The translations under genes were made by a program, and so were the position numbers. A stretch of 63,758 nucleotides of DNA, the filler included, from Malassezia furfur (lineage: Eukaryota), in the NCBI GenBank assembly GCA_052055015.1. It is 5 parts of 5 records of this genome, joined end to end, with 100 filler letters (N's around TTAATTAATTAA, not from the genome) between each part and the next. Parts side by side here need not be neighbours in the genome. Positions count along the whole stretch, not along the records: positions 1 to 12,754 come from JBQJIT010000328.1; 4 more parts are not named here. One strand, 5' to 3'. Below the pieces are notes generated by a model. It did not search any database. It was not told the DNA's origin and worked only from the letters and a program-made list of their open reading frames with translations. Below are positions 1-11,620 of this stretch, piece after piece (position 1 is the first letter of the stretch; every line of letters starts with the position of its first letter).

Positions 1-95
1 CCCCGTGTCCCCCGTGCCTGGGCCCGATCGGCCCGATCGGGCGTGTTTCGGCTGTCAGGCGGTGTGCGCCGATCCACGCGCGGCGACCGCGAAGA

Positions 96-1910
96 ATGCA
101 CGACAACCCGCGGAGTGCTCGTGACGCACGCACGCTGCCGGGCATGAGCGCACGTCCGTCGCATGCTATGCACACCGTCACGGAGGAGCACTCGCCCACG
201 GACCCCGCGGCGCCTGCGCGCCCCGCCTCGCGCACCACCGACATCGACGCATGGCCGCCGGCGTCGCTCCTACCGCCCCACGCACGCGCGCGCGGCTCGG
301 TCGGCACGGCGACTGCAGCGATGGCGCCGCACGCCGATGCGCCGTTTGCCGAGCTGCGCCAGGCGCGCCGCCCGTCGGCGTCCGCACTCTCGGACGCAAC
401 GTGGACCGACGACCTGTCGTGGGCCGTACGCCGTGCGCCGCGCTTCTCGGTGAACGACGTGATGCAGCCGAACCACACGCCCGACCCGTGGCGACCGTCG
501 ACACCCGTGGGCACGGGCACGCATGTGTCGTCGATGGCCACGCCGCACGCGTCGCTGCCCTCGCTGCAGCCGTCCATGCCCCTAAGCCCCACGGCGCCCG
601 CCGCGCCGCTCTCGCCGTCGCGTGCGGGCCCCCTGCCCCCGCGGCACAGCGCACCGCACATGATCATCGAAGCGCATGCCGCCGAGGCGCGCCGCCGCGT
701 CGAGCGCCGCTCGCTCTGGCTCGACAACATCGCAAGCCCCCACCGCGTGTCCAGCACCAACAGCCCCCTGGCGCCCGCATCGCCGCACTCGCCGCTCCCG
801 CCGCACTCGCCGCTCCCGCCGCACTCGCCGCACACGCACGCGGGCGTGTCCCCGACGCGCCGCTTGTCGGTCTCGTCGCGGTTCCCCGTGTCGCCCGGCA
901 CCGAAGTGAGCCCACTCGACCCGCACCACCGCCCCGCACCGAGCTCGCACACCGCGGCGGCCGGCGCGCCGAGCGACCTGTGGAAGGCCGACGCGCTTGC
1001 GCCATCGATGCACTGGCCGCCGCCCAAGCCGGGATCGTCGTCACCGATGCGCGGTGCCGCTGGACCGCTGCACATCACCACCGACGCCGACGACGGCACG
1101 CGCACCCTACCGGCGATGCGCTCCGCTTCTGCAAGCTTCCGCTCGCGCCCAGCAAGCGTGCGTGTGCAGCGCTCGGCATCCACGGCGCACTGGCCGCCGC
1201 ACTCGGCCAAGGAGGCGCACGCGTCCGAGCGGCGTGGGTCGAACCCCGTCGAAGAGTTTGCGCGGCTGTCCGTGTCGGAGCACACACCCTCGACGCCGTC
1301 CGAGCCGGAGCGCTCGCCGCAGCCTACGTCGACGACGCACACGCTCAACGCGGGCGCGTCCGAGTTTGCGCCGGTCATGCCGTACTGGGGCGCACCGCCA
1401 TACCCCTACGTATCGCTCCCTGCGCCTGCGCGCGCGTTTGTGATCAAAAGCTTTACCGAGGTGGACGTGGAGACCTCGCTGCGCCACGGCGTCTGGACAA
1501 GCACCGAAAAGGGCAACCACCGCCTGGACCAGGCGTTTGCGCAGAGCAGTGCGATGGGGCCCATCTACCTCTTCTTCTCGGTGAACGGCAGCGGGCGCTT
1601 CTGCGGCGTGGCCCAGATGCTCTCCGGGCTCGACTACACGCAAAATACCTCGATCTGGGCCGAGGGGCACCGCTGGAAAGGGCTCTTCCGCGTGCGCTGG
1701 CTCATCGTCAAGGACGTGCCCAATGCGCACCTGCGGCACATTCTCCTGCTCAACCGCAACGAAGTCAAGCCGGTCACCCAGAGCCGCGACACACAGGAGC
1801 TGCTGCCCGAGGCATCGGCAGAACTCTTGCGCATCTTCTGTACATACGTCAGCTACTCGACGCTGCAGCCTCCCGCTGACGTGCACGCGGCGTACCCCGC
1901 CGCACCATAG
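96..1910 (+). CDS. YTH-domain RNA-binding protein (Pho92/YTHDF-like) with long Ser/Pro-rich N-terminus
   Basis: C-terminal YTH motifs FVIKSF, GVWTST, IYLFFSVNGSGRFCGVAQM, KPVTQSRDTQE. Start codon uncertain (several Met). Confidence 0.9.
   Translation: MHDNPRSARDARTLPGMSARPSHAMHTVTEEHSPTDPAAPARPASRTTDIDAWPPASLLPPHARARGSVGTATAAMAPHADAPFAELRQARRPSASALSDATWTDDLSWAVRRAPRFSVNDVMQPNHTPDPWRPSTPVGTGTHVSSMATPHASLPSLQPSMPLSPTAPAAPLSPSRAGPLPPRHSAPHMIIEAHAAEARRRVERRSLWLDNIASPHRVSSTNSPLAPASPHSPLPPHSPLPPHSPHTHAGVSPTRRLSVSSRFPVSPGTEVSPLDPHHRPAPSSHTAAAGAPSDLWKADALAPSMHWPPPKPGSSSPMRGAAGPLHITTDADDGTRTLPAMRSASASFRSRPASVRVQRSASTAHWPPHSAKEAHASERRGSNPVEEFARLSVSEHTPSTPSEPERSPQPTSTTHTLNAGASEFAPVMPYWGAPPYPYVSLPAPARAFVIKSFTEVDVETSLRHGVWTSTEKGNHRLDQAFAQSSAMGPIYLFFSVNGSGRFCGVAQMLSGLDYTQNTSIWAEGHRWKGLFRVRWLIVKDVPNAHLRHILLLNRNEVKPVTQSRDTQELLPEASAELLRIFCTYVSYSTLQPPADVHAAYPAAP
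781..831 (+). repeat. 18-bp coding tandem repeat (~2.8 copies, PHSPLP)
   Basis: CGCCGCACTCGCCGCTCC at 781-798 and 799-816, partial copy at 817-831. Confidence 0.85.
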
Positions 1911-1913
1911 GTC

Positions 1914-2664
1914 CTATGCCAAATCAGACAGTTCACGCTCAAACGAGCGGCCCAGGCTGCCCCCCGGGTGATTGCGCACAAACGTCGCACGCTCAATGCC
2001 CTTGGCGCGCGTCAGCGCAATCGCAAACGCATCGCCCACCGCCAGCATCACCGTCGTGCTGCTCGTCGGTGCCGGGATCTCGGGGTATGCCTCGGTACCG
2101 ATGAGCGATGCGGCACCCTTGCCGTCCACCAACGCGCCGTCGGCTAGCGCCGGACCCGTGCTGCAGTCGAGCCACGCATCCGCGAGCCGCGCGAGCTGCG
2201 ATTTGCCCGAGCTCGTCATCGCGATGCGCCGACACCCCTGCACGACGTCGAGGCCCATGAACGCGACCATCTCGGATGTCGTCCCTGAGTAGGACAGCGC
2301 AAGCACGACGTCCTGCTCGGGGCACACCATGCCCAGGTCGCCATGCAGACAGTCGGCGGGGTGTAGAAACACGGCCTGCGTGCCGAGCGACAGCAGCATG
2401 GACGCGATCTTGCGCGCAATGATGCCTGGTGTCAGACGCACACGTACCACTCTTGCCCACTCCCACGACGATCACTTTTCCGCCAGGGTGGCCGGGCACC
2501 CTGCTGGTATATTGCAGCGCGAGCTGCAGCGCGCGCCGAAACTCGCGCTGCGCCGCGGGCGACTGCTCGAGCGTGTCGGAGAGATGGCGCAGCGCCAGCG
2601 CCTCGCGGTGCACAATGACCTTGGCAAGCCCGAGCGCCTCATCCACACATGCGTCCGCATCCAT
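1914..2664 (-). CDS. SIS-domain sugar-phosphate isomerase, KpsF/GutQ (arabinose-5-P isomerase)-like, no CBS domains
   Basis: Motifs GVGKSG-IIARK, HGDLG, SYSGTTSE, APTSSTT..GDA, HPGGSLG. A 22-nt intron at 2426-2447 (GTACGT..CTGAC..CAG) joins two ORF-track frames. Confidence 0.88.
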
Positions 2665-2756
2665 CGCTTCTTACGCGGCGTCGACGCGCGCGCAAACCTC
2701 GTTCGCGAAACGAACCGCTGCTCCACAAAGCTACGATCGATAGTGCCACGTGCACG

Positions 2757-3746
2757 CTACTTGGCATCCGCCGCGCCGCCGTCCGAAGGGCCGTGCGCTG
2801 CCGCCTCCTCCGCGGGGTTCCGGAACATGGCAAACAGCTCGCCGGACTCGTACTCTTCCAGCGTCTTTTTCCAGCGCGTACGCAGCGCCGAGAAGGAGTC
2901 CAGCGCAGGACGCACGTCCAGGTGGAAACTCGCCTCGTCCGTCTCCGGGTCGTCGGGGGTGGAGTAGTAGTCGATCACGTAGCGCACCTCCTCGCCCTCG
3001 GGCTTGTCAGCTGTCGGCGCACGGCGCACAATCCAGTCGTGCCGGTCAAACGGCGGCTCCGTGTTGAAGCGGTCGGGCATCGCCCAGCCGAGCCACCCAA
3101 ACAGCCGCGCGCGCGGACTCAGTGTCCCCGGCCGGCCCTGGAAGCGCGTCAGCTGCAGCGTCGACACGTCACTGCCTGCCAGCTTCTCCCACTCGATCAC
3201 TTCTTGCCATGCGCGCTCGTTCAAAAAGTTGTGGATGAGCACCATCATGTCCACACTCTCTTCGGGTGTCTCCCACCCCTTGCGCACGAGCGCATTGTAG
3301 AACTGCTGCGGAGAGGGGTATTCCCAGTTGCCAGGCTGGCTCTCTCCGCTGTCGTGCTGTACAGGACACGCGGATGCCTGGCTCGGCGGCGCGTCACGCT
3401 TGTCGTGGGGAATGGGGCACTGCGCCGGCGCGCCGTACGGCGAGTCGCCCTTACCCGCCGAGGTCGGCGCCCGAGGGATAGACGACACGGTGCGCTCGGT
3501 GGACAGCTTTGTCTTTTGCGCAGGCGCAGCGGCCTGCGTGAGGTAGGGCATGTTGTTGAGCGGGTTCAATTCCTCGCCCTGCGTCAGGCCCGTATGGTCG
3601 TGAGCAATGGGGCATTTTGACTCGCGGCTATGATTCGATGCGAGGCGGTGGTGGTGTAGGAGCATCGCAGCCACCGCCTGCTGATTGTTATATGGGCGTG
3701 ATGCCCCCTGCTCGGGGGCGTGCGGCATCGACTGTGTGGCACCCAT
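2757..3746 (-). CDS. CYC3: Holocytochrome c synthase (cytochrome c heme lyase)
   Basis: CPI/CPV heme-regulatory motifs, WEYPSPQQFYNAL, HNFLNE, PFDRHDW, RYVIDYY. Start taken at MGATQS. Confidence 0.9.
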   Translation of the reverse strand: MGATQSMPHAPEQGASRPYNNQQAVAAMLLHHHRLASNHSRESKCPIAHDHTGLTQGEELNPLNNMPYLTQAAAPAQKTKLSTERTVSSIPRAPTSAGKGDSPYGAPAQCPIPHDKRDAPPSQASACPVQHDSGESQPGNWEYPSPQQFYNALVRKGWETPEESVDMMVLIHNFLNERAWQEVIEWEKLAGSDVSTLQLTRFQGRPGTLSPRARLFGWLGWAMPDRFNTEPPFDRHDWIVRRAPTADKPEGEEVRYVIDYYSTPDDPETDEASFHLDVRPALDSFSALRTRWKKTLEEYESGELFAMFRNPAEEAAAHGPSDGGAADAK

Positions 3747-3817
3747 TTCGCAACAGAAACGTCGGCACCTCCACGTTCTTTTTTTTTTTTTCTGCGCGGC
3801 TTCGCGGTGGCACGTGC

Positions 3818-5125
3818 TCAGGACGGCGGCAGGGGCCACTTCCACACCTGTGCCACAAAACGCGCCATGTCCGCGCTGGGAATACTCTCGCTGCGCCGCA
3901 CCACAGGATGATGCAACAGGATCCGCGGGGTAGCCCGTGCTGCGCCATCACGCACGAGGCACCGGTCGAGGAAATCCCGTAGGGCGCGACTCCACCGAAT
4001 ATGATGCGCCTCGTCGTCCTCGAGCGTCGGGAGCGGCTCGTGGAGGAGCGTCGTTAGGAAGTCAATAGGGCCCAAGAGTGCATCGTTGTCTTTCGAAAAG
4101 GGGAATCGGTTCATCGCGAGCTCGAGGATGGTGATACCCAATGACCATACGTCTGAAGAGACCGTGTAGGGCCGCCCTTGAATCCGTTCGGGCGCCATGT
4201 ACGAGCTCGTCCCGGTAAAGGTACCAGCGACGCTGTCGATCAGCTCGCCGGAGACACCAAAGTCGCACAGCTTAAAGTGCCCGTCGCGTGTCACGAGGAT
4301 ATTGGATGGCTTCACGTCGCGGTGGATGATTCGCCGCTCGTGCAGATATTCGAGGCCATGGATGATACTGCCGGCCAGTTTGATGATAACCTTCTCGCCG
4401 ATCCGGCCGCCGCGAGACTTGACGCGCCGGTAAATTGCGTCCATACTCCCCGCTTCACAAAACTCCATACAGATGGTGATGTTGGCGTTTTTCGGCTCAA
4501 AGTACGCGCCGTAATACTGTACAATATATTCGCTCTGGCATGTCTGGTTCACGTTCAGCTCGCGCAGCAGTTGCCGGTGGATGACCGGGTCGGGCGATGT
4601 CGCAATCTTCTTGCGCGCCACAATCAGGCCAGTGCTTTTGACGCGCGCCTTGGCCACTTCGCCACTGGCGCCTTCGCCAAGCGATTCGAGCACCTCTAGA
4701 TCGCCCTCTCGGATCAGTTGGTTCGGCTCAATGTGTACGGAGCCGGGTGCAGAGCTTGCACGCTGCATCTCGCTGCTTTGAAGGCCCATATGCTCAGCGT
4801 CGCGCTGGTTTTCCGGCAGAGCCACATCACTCGCATTCAGCGAGCCCAACGAGAGCCGATTTCGCTGTTTCGTCTGGTCACTGGAGAGGTGCACGCGCCC
4901 AATGGCACGGCCCAGCTCCTCTGCCTGGTCTTGCGAGCTGTTGCTGGACACATACTGCGAATGGAAGGGCATGATCGTGGGCTCTTCCGTCTGCGCCGTG
5001 TCCTGCTGCTTTGTCAAGGCGTCCTCTGCCGATGAACCTGCATCAGCATGGGGCGTGCTGATGGGTAAGGAAAGCTTCGGGAGGCCTGGTCGCGCGGGCC
5101 GTTTGGGTGGGATCAGCGACGCCAT
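3818..5125 (-). CDS. MKK1: MAP kinase kinase (STE7 family, Mkk1/Pek1 cell-wall-integrity type)
   Basis: LGEGASGEV, HRDVKPSNIL, CDFGVSGELIDSVAGTFTGTSSYMAPERI. N-terminal docking-like segment KRPARPGLPKLSL. Confidence 0.88.
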   Translation of the reverse strand: MASLIPPKRPARPGLPKLSLPISTPHADAGSSAEDALTKQQDTAQTEEPTIMPFHSQYVSSNSSQDQAEELGRAIGRVHLSSDQTKQRNRLSLGSLNASDVALPENQRDAEHMGLQSSEMQRASSAPGSVHIEPNQLIREGDLEVLESLGEGASGEVAKARVKSTGLIVARKKIATSPDPVIHRQLLRELNVNQTCQSEYIVQYYGAYFEPKNANITICMEFCEAGSMDAIYRRVKSRGGRIGEKVIIKLAGSIIHGLEYLHERRIIHRDVKPSNILVTRDGHFKLCDFGVSGELIDSVAGTFTGTSSYMAPERIQGRPYTVSSDVWSLGITILELAMNRFPFSKDNDALLGPIDFLTTLLHEPLPTLEDDEAHHIRWSRALRDFLDRCLVRDGAARATPRILLHHPVVRRSESIPSADMARFVAQVWKWPLPPS

Positions 5126-5322
5126 ACTGCCGTGGACGGTTCGACGTCGTGGTTGCGATCCGGCCAGCACCCCTATGTGGAGTTGGACCCATGCGCGCGC
5201 CGAACGTCATCGGAATCCCACCGCGCCGAGGTGGATACGTGCACTTGATTGGAGCAGGACTATATACAGGACGGCACACAAAAAATGGGACGTAGACTAC
5301 TGCACGGTTCTGGAACACTTGA

Positions 5323-6920
5323 CTACAGCGCGTTGTCCGCGCAATCAAAAACGCCACGCACGTTGCCGGCGTCGTAGTCCAGAATGATGCTTTTCACCGA
5401 GGCCTGCCAGTTAGTCGAGGTCGCCTCACGACGGTACGTACATAGGTGCCCGGCCCAAGGAAGAAGAGGCCAGCAACAATGATGGTCACATTGACAATAA
5501 AGCCCACCCAGCCGCGCAGGCCACGTACGGCCATGAAGTGGGGCCCGTAGTCGACCGCGCGCATCCGCAGGTAGGCCACGCCCCAAAAGATCCAGCCAAA
5601 GAAGGAGTCAAACAACGAGCTCATAAGCGACAGCAGATCCGAAAAGAAGGGGATCACCTCGGCAATCACAAACGAGAAAATCCACAGGATGCCCAGGATC
5701 GATGCCCAGGCCACCCAGCCCAACATCGTGTGGCTGGTCAGATGCCGCGTTCCATCAAACAGACGGAACATGACGAAGCGCGCCGAGACAGACGCATAGA
5801 GCACGCCCAGGAAAATAAGCGTGGGCACCATGAACGAAAAGGCAATCTTCTTCTGCACATCGTTGCTCAAGGAGCCAAACGCAGGCGCCGTGTTGTATTG
5901 TGTGCCCGTGTACGCATACACCACCGCGCCAATCACACTAAACACCACAATCTCGCACAGGGTCACCACCCAAATGCACTTGCGGAATTCAAACGGATCC
6001 TTCATCTCCGCAATAAAGCTCGGCAGCGTGATTTGCCCAATGAACGTGTAGCTAATGTTCAAAAAGGCGTTCACGCCAGACACAAACGTGGTGCCTACCG
6101 CAGGGATCACCAGCACGGTCGGGTCGCCGCCCATCTTGACTCCCGCTGCTGTGACATGGTTCGGGTCGGGGTTGTAGCCGGCGGGGTGGTCTTGGATCCC
6201 GGCGAAAATGGCCGCGAGCAGTACGCTGACAAACGTGAACAGGGCAGATGCCGTAGCCAGATGCGACAATGCGCTAAACGTGCGCGGCAAGGAACACAAC
6301 CAGGACACCACTGCAGCAATGATGCCAAAGATGATCGTGCAGAACGGATGACTGGACATGGTGTTGAGGTACCGCTCGGCGACCAACACATGCAGACCCA
6401 TAATGAAGGTGTTGTTCAAAATGAACATGACCGCGGTCAGCCACCAAGCGATGCGCGAATTGAAAAAGAGCATCTGCCCAATGTCCGTCACATCGCGCAC
6501 CTCGGGATGCCGCAGGCAAAATTCCCACACAACCAGAGACGTGTACAGGACAAAGCCAGCTTGCACCACCGTCAGAATGATGCCTGGCACCAGTCCAAGG
6601 ACAGAGTAAGAGTAAGGAAAAGACATGATGGCCAGACAGATGTACTCGGAGAAGAGCAGGGCCGCCGTCTTCTGCCAGCTGCATGTCCGGTAGCGGATGT
6701 CGTTTTCTTTCTCTTGCTCGAGCTGGTCTTGGATCTTTAATGCGGCGCCTGCATCATCAAGAGGGATCACGCTCGAAGCGACAGGTGGCCCAATGCGTTT
6801 GTTACTGAACCCATGCGTGCGAAGTACCCGCTCGTTTTCTTCCTCAACGGTCAACCCGACCTCATGTTCTTCCACTTTCGTTGGCAGCGGTTCTTCGTCC
6901 CATGGCACTTTCTCAGTCAT
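5323..6920 (-). CDS. Amino-acid permease, Aa_trans (Mtr-like neutral amino-acid transporter)
   Basis: About 11 hydrophobic segments, YRTCSWQKTAALLFSEYICLAIMSFP, FIAEMKDP. A 38-nt intron at 5404-5441 gives the C-terminus ASVKSII..FDCADNAL. Confidence 0.9.
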
Positions 6921-7170
6921 TGTATCGTGCGGGAAGAGGAGCACCGTAAGCGCGACGGATGCACCCCAAGTCGCATTTTCACCCTGTTACCGAGGTATTA
7001 ACCAATACATCTTCTGTGTGGGGGGAAGCGGCGCAACCAAGTACAGACTAATTGCAGTTCACTCAATCTTCTGATCGAACGTACTGGATCTAGTGGGGAA
7101 GTAACGATGTGGAGTCAAGGGACCTACGCCCCGATCAGCTCGCCCTCCACGACCGTGTGGAGGAAACGAT

Positions 7171-7935
7171 ATGCCGCTCCTAGAGGCTCTGTTTGGACGC
7201 TCGCAGACGCCCGCAGAGCGTTTGCGCGCGCACCTGCGCTCCATTCAACGTGCACGACGTGAACTTGATCGCGAGCGTGTCAAGCTCGAAGGCCAGGAGA
7301 AAACGCTCATGGCTGATATCAAAAAGAATGCCAAGCAGGGACAAATGGTACGTACCCTTGCTCACCCAGGCGGCCTGCAAAGTGATGGCCCGCGATTTGG
7401 TGCGCGTGCGGAGGAACATCCACAAATTCTACCAAATGAGTACGCAACTCCAGGCGGTTAGCCTACGCATGCAAACCTTGCGCAGTACCCAGCAAATGTC
7501 GGAGGCTATGCGAGGCGCATCCAAAGCCCTCGGTTCCATGAACCGCTCTATGAATATTATGGCAGTACAGCGCATCTTGCAAGACTTCGAACGCGAGACG
7601 AGTACCATGGATATGAAAGACGAAATGATGAATGATACTATGGAAGACGCACTTGGCGGCGAAGAGGACGCCATGGGCGAGGGGATAGGCGAAACGGAGG
7701 AGAGCGATACAATTTTGCGCCAGGTGCTCGACGAAATCGGCGTTTCGGTGAACCAGCAGGTATGTGTACGCACTGACGCCAGCTCGGCAATGTACCAAGC
7801 ACCACGCCCGCCTCGGCACAGATGACCCAGCCGGAACGGGTCGCCATCGGGGAGGGTGTCGGCCCATCTACGTCGTCGAACGATAACGATGAATCGGCGC
7901 TGCAGGCGCGTCTAGACAGACTGCGGAAGACATAG
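7171..7935 (+). CDS. DID4: ESCRT-III subunit Vps2/Did4 (CHMP2A)
   Basis: Snf7 fold RELDRER..QLQAVSLRMQT and C-terminal MIM LQARLDRLR. Introns at 7348-7369 (22 nt) and 7760-7782 (23 nt). Confidence 0.92.
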
Positions 7936-7996
7936 TAGGCAAGGGCTTGGAGAACAATTTCCGGTGGGTGGAGGTGTTCCTTCCAACGCCCAGTGG

Positions 7997-9478
7997 ATGG
8001 AGCCACGCGGACCTCTGCCCGAGATTCCGCTGCAGGCCATGGACATGCGGGCGCAACGTAGCCTAGGGGAGGTGCAGCAAAGGGGCTCGGTAGTATCTGG
8101 GCGTGTACGCTGCGGTGCTGGCTTTTTCACGCTCGGTCTGCTCAACAATTTGCCCTATGTGGTGATTCTAACGGCAGCGCTGGAGCTACTCCCGTCCGAT
8201 GTGCCGACCGGCGTGCTAGCCTTTGTAAATATCGCACCCGCTCTGGTCGCCAAGGCCGTCTTTCCCTACTTCCTCAAGGGCGAGATTCGCTATACACAGC
8301 GTGTCCTTTCATGCGTCTTAGGCGCTTTTGGCGGCATGCTGGTTACGGCGCTGTTCCAGTCGCTTTTCATTCGGTTGCTGGGTGTTGGGACGGCCAGCTT
8401 TATGAGTGGCTTGGGAGAGCTGACCTACCTGCAATACACCACGCGCTACCCCGCCATCGTGACCAAATACTGTGTGGGATGGTTCGCGAGTGGGACGGGA
8501 GCGGCGGGGCTAGCGGGTGCATTAGCCTGGTGGATTGTGCGTCCGTTGGGCGTCCGAATTGGGCTTGGAATCCTGTCATTGCTTCCATTTGGCATGGCTG
8601 TAGCCTTTTTCAGCCTTCCGAAAGCAGCGACGCAAGACGCGATGTCCGATACGCGCGACGAAGCTGCACAGGCGCTCATGCAGTCCGAGAACCAAGAAGG
8701 GGAGGGAGAGGAGCTGGATCCGTCTACGGCACCGACGTCACTCTCATTCTCGCACAAAATGGAGCTACTGCGTCCCATGCTATTGCCCTACATTCTGCCG
8801 CTGGTATCAGTGTACTTTGCGGAGTATACCATTAATCAGGGCGTCGTACGTCTAATGTGCTCACACGCAGGCCCCCACGCTTTTGTACACGGTACCAGAG
8901 TCTCGAAAGCACTGGCTTTTGTCGTTGCTGATCCATACACTGCGCGACTACTACCCACTATACCAGCTCACCTACCAGGTATGCAAGCGCTGTAACTCAC
9001 CCAGACGTTTGTCTTTTTCTCGCGCTCATATACGTCCATTCTGCGGCTTCCCGCAATACCGAAGGTGTGGCTCTGGGTGCCTGCGCTCGTGCAATTTGCG
9101 CTCCTGTTCTTGTTGATGTCCGAGAGCGTCTATGCATGGTTCCGCGAGTCCATTGCACGCTCGCTAGTCATCGTTCTCATTGCCGTGGAGGGCCTGGCAG
9201 GCGGCTCCGCCTAGTATGTGGATACACTGATGCAGTGTCTCGGTGATGAGCGAAATTGGGAGCTCGGAACGTGCCGTGGAGGGCGCACAGGGTCCTACGC
9301 CTCTCCAGATGCAAGAATACGAGTTCCGAATTGGCTGTGTCGGGGTAAGTGTCACACTCACACTCAGCTGGGTGACTCGCTTGGGATTCTGGCAGCTTCG
9401 CTTGTCTCGATTCCGTTGCAGGTCTCGCTCTGCCATGCACAAGTCGCGCGCGGACGCGATCTGTGCACCCGCGTGTAA
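7997..9478 (+). CDS. BTN1: Battenin / CLN3-family vacuolar membrane protein
   Basis: GLLNNLPYVVILTAA, SGLGELTYL, WFASGTGAAG, YFAEYTINQGVAP. Introns at 8846-8870, 8979-9004, 9214-9235 and 9345-9367 (22-26 nt). Confidence 0.9.
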
Positions 9479-9536
9479 AGCAGCATGTTTGTCGCGACTT
9501 CTTAAAGACCCAGACGGCTTAGCCGCTTGGAGATTT

Positions 9537-9621
9537 GGTCCGTTCGTATAGTGGTTAGTATAGTGGATTTTGATCGTGACGCAAAATTCCATTGACCCCG
9601 GTTCGAACCCGGGACGGACCT
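9537..9621 (+). tRNA. tRNA-Gln(UUG) with 13-nt intron
   Basis: Acceptor stem GGTCCGT/ACGGACC, D-loop TAGTGGTTAG, anticodon stem GTGGA/TCCAT with TTG at 9570-9572, intron 9574-9586 after position 37, T-arm CCCGG-TTCGAAC-CCGGG. Length 72+13 nt. Confidence 0.93.
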
Positions 9622-9623
9622 GC

Positions 9624-9639
9624 TTTTTATTTTTTTTTT
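9624..9639 (+). terminator. RNA polymerase III oligo-T terminator of the tRNA gene
   Basis: Two T runs (T5, then T10) immediately after the discriminator base. Confidence 0.8.
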
Positions 9640-9677
9640 GGATCACGCCAAGTCCAAGAGCTTTTTGGTATGGTCGC

Positions 9678-10655
<978 letters not shown>

Positions 10656-10762
10656 GGGAGTGTTGGACAGTCCGAGCTGTGCCCGTGCTTATTTCCACAA
10701 CAGTGCACGCGACGCGCCTGCCGCCGCGTCCATCGTGTTCGGGGGCTGCGTTGCCGAGAGGC

Positions 10763-11171
10763 ATGTCGTCGCCGTACACGTTCAAGCCCGGCGGGGCGCT
10801 GAAACTCAAAGGAGACGACAAGAAGTATGTGGCGCGAGCTCATGCAGAAAAAAAAAGAAGTCGTCAACGACCACTGGCGTGCGGGGTGATGTGACGACTG
10901 CGTCGAAGCGCACTAGCGAGTCGGTGTCTCCGGCGCCCGCTTCGCCGAGCCCAGGACCTGCGGCCGCACCGCGCGTCGCGACCAAGGCGGAGCGCAAGTT
11001 TGAGGAAGTGCGCATGAAACGGGTACGTGCCGCTGTCGTGTGCTGATGCAGCTCAAGGACGAAATCCGCAAAGAGGCGCGCAAGTCGCACCGCGAAAAGG
11101 TGGAAGCGTTCAATGCCCACCTCGACACGCTGACCGACATCAATGATCTACCGAAGATCGGCCCTGGCTAA
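10763..11171 (+). CDS. FAM32A / DUF1754 family small nuclear protein
   Basis: GGALKLKG..TKAERKFEE..KSHREKVEAFNAHLDTLTDINDLPKIGPG. Introns at 10825-10847 and 11023-11051. Confidence 0.88.
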
Positions 11172-11220
11172 GGAGAGGAACCCGTTACGCATGCCATGTA
11201 GACTACCTATCATGACCCTA

Positions 11221-11525
11221 TCACGCCGCCGCTGCCCAGTTGGGGAAGCAGTCCTTGACAGTCTGGGTGAGTGGCACAGTGTGCCTACCTTGCTGTGCTT
11301 GTTTTCAGCGTGCTGCTTCAGACTGGGTTAGGTAGGGTACGTACGCAGGCTCGCGGACCGTCATCAGGAAGGTCTGGCGGCAGACCTGGCAGATGACATT
11401 CTTGGCCGCCTCGTTGGCCTTCAGCTGCGACTTGGGGTCCTTGCTGGCGTTCGCCTTGGCGTTCCGCTCCCGCTTTTGCTGTGCGCTGGGTCAGTGGGGC
11501 GGACCTACCGCGCACCGTTGCCCAT
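11221..11525 (-). CDS. Small C2H2 zinc-finger protein (ZNF706/At2g23090-like), 77 aa
   Basis: Spliced product MGNGARAQQKRERNAK..KSQLKANEAAKNVICQVCRQTF..LKQHAENKHSKTVKDCFP. Introns at 11486-11508, 11323-11344 and 11263-11288. Confidence 0.88.
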
Positions 11526-11620
11526 CCTGACGACACTGGAGCAAAGCGAACCGGAGCTCGGCCGAGGCATGCGCGGGTCGCCTTGCGGCTCCGCACTCCA
11601 CGGACCGATCTGTGCGCAGG

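Noticed and set aside
251..1879. Many long alternative-frame and antisense ORFs (e.g. 251-1879, 21290-23065, 41095-42951, 29240-30550)
   Set aside because: Shadow ORFs expected from high GC3 codon bias. They give Arg/Ala/His-rich translations without domains and overlap well-supported genes.
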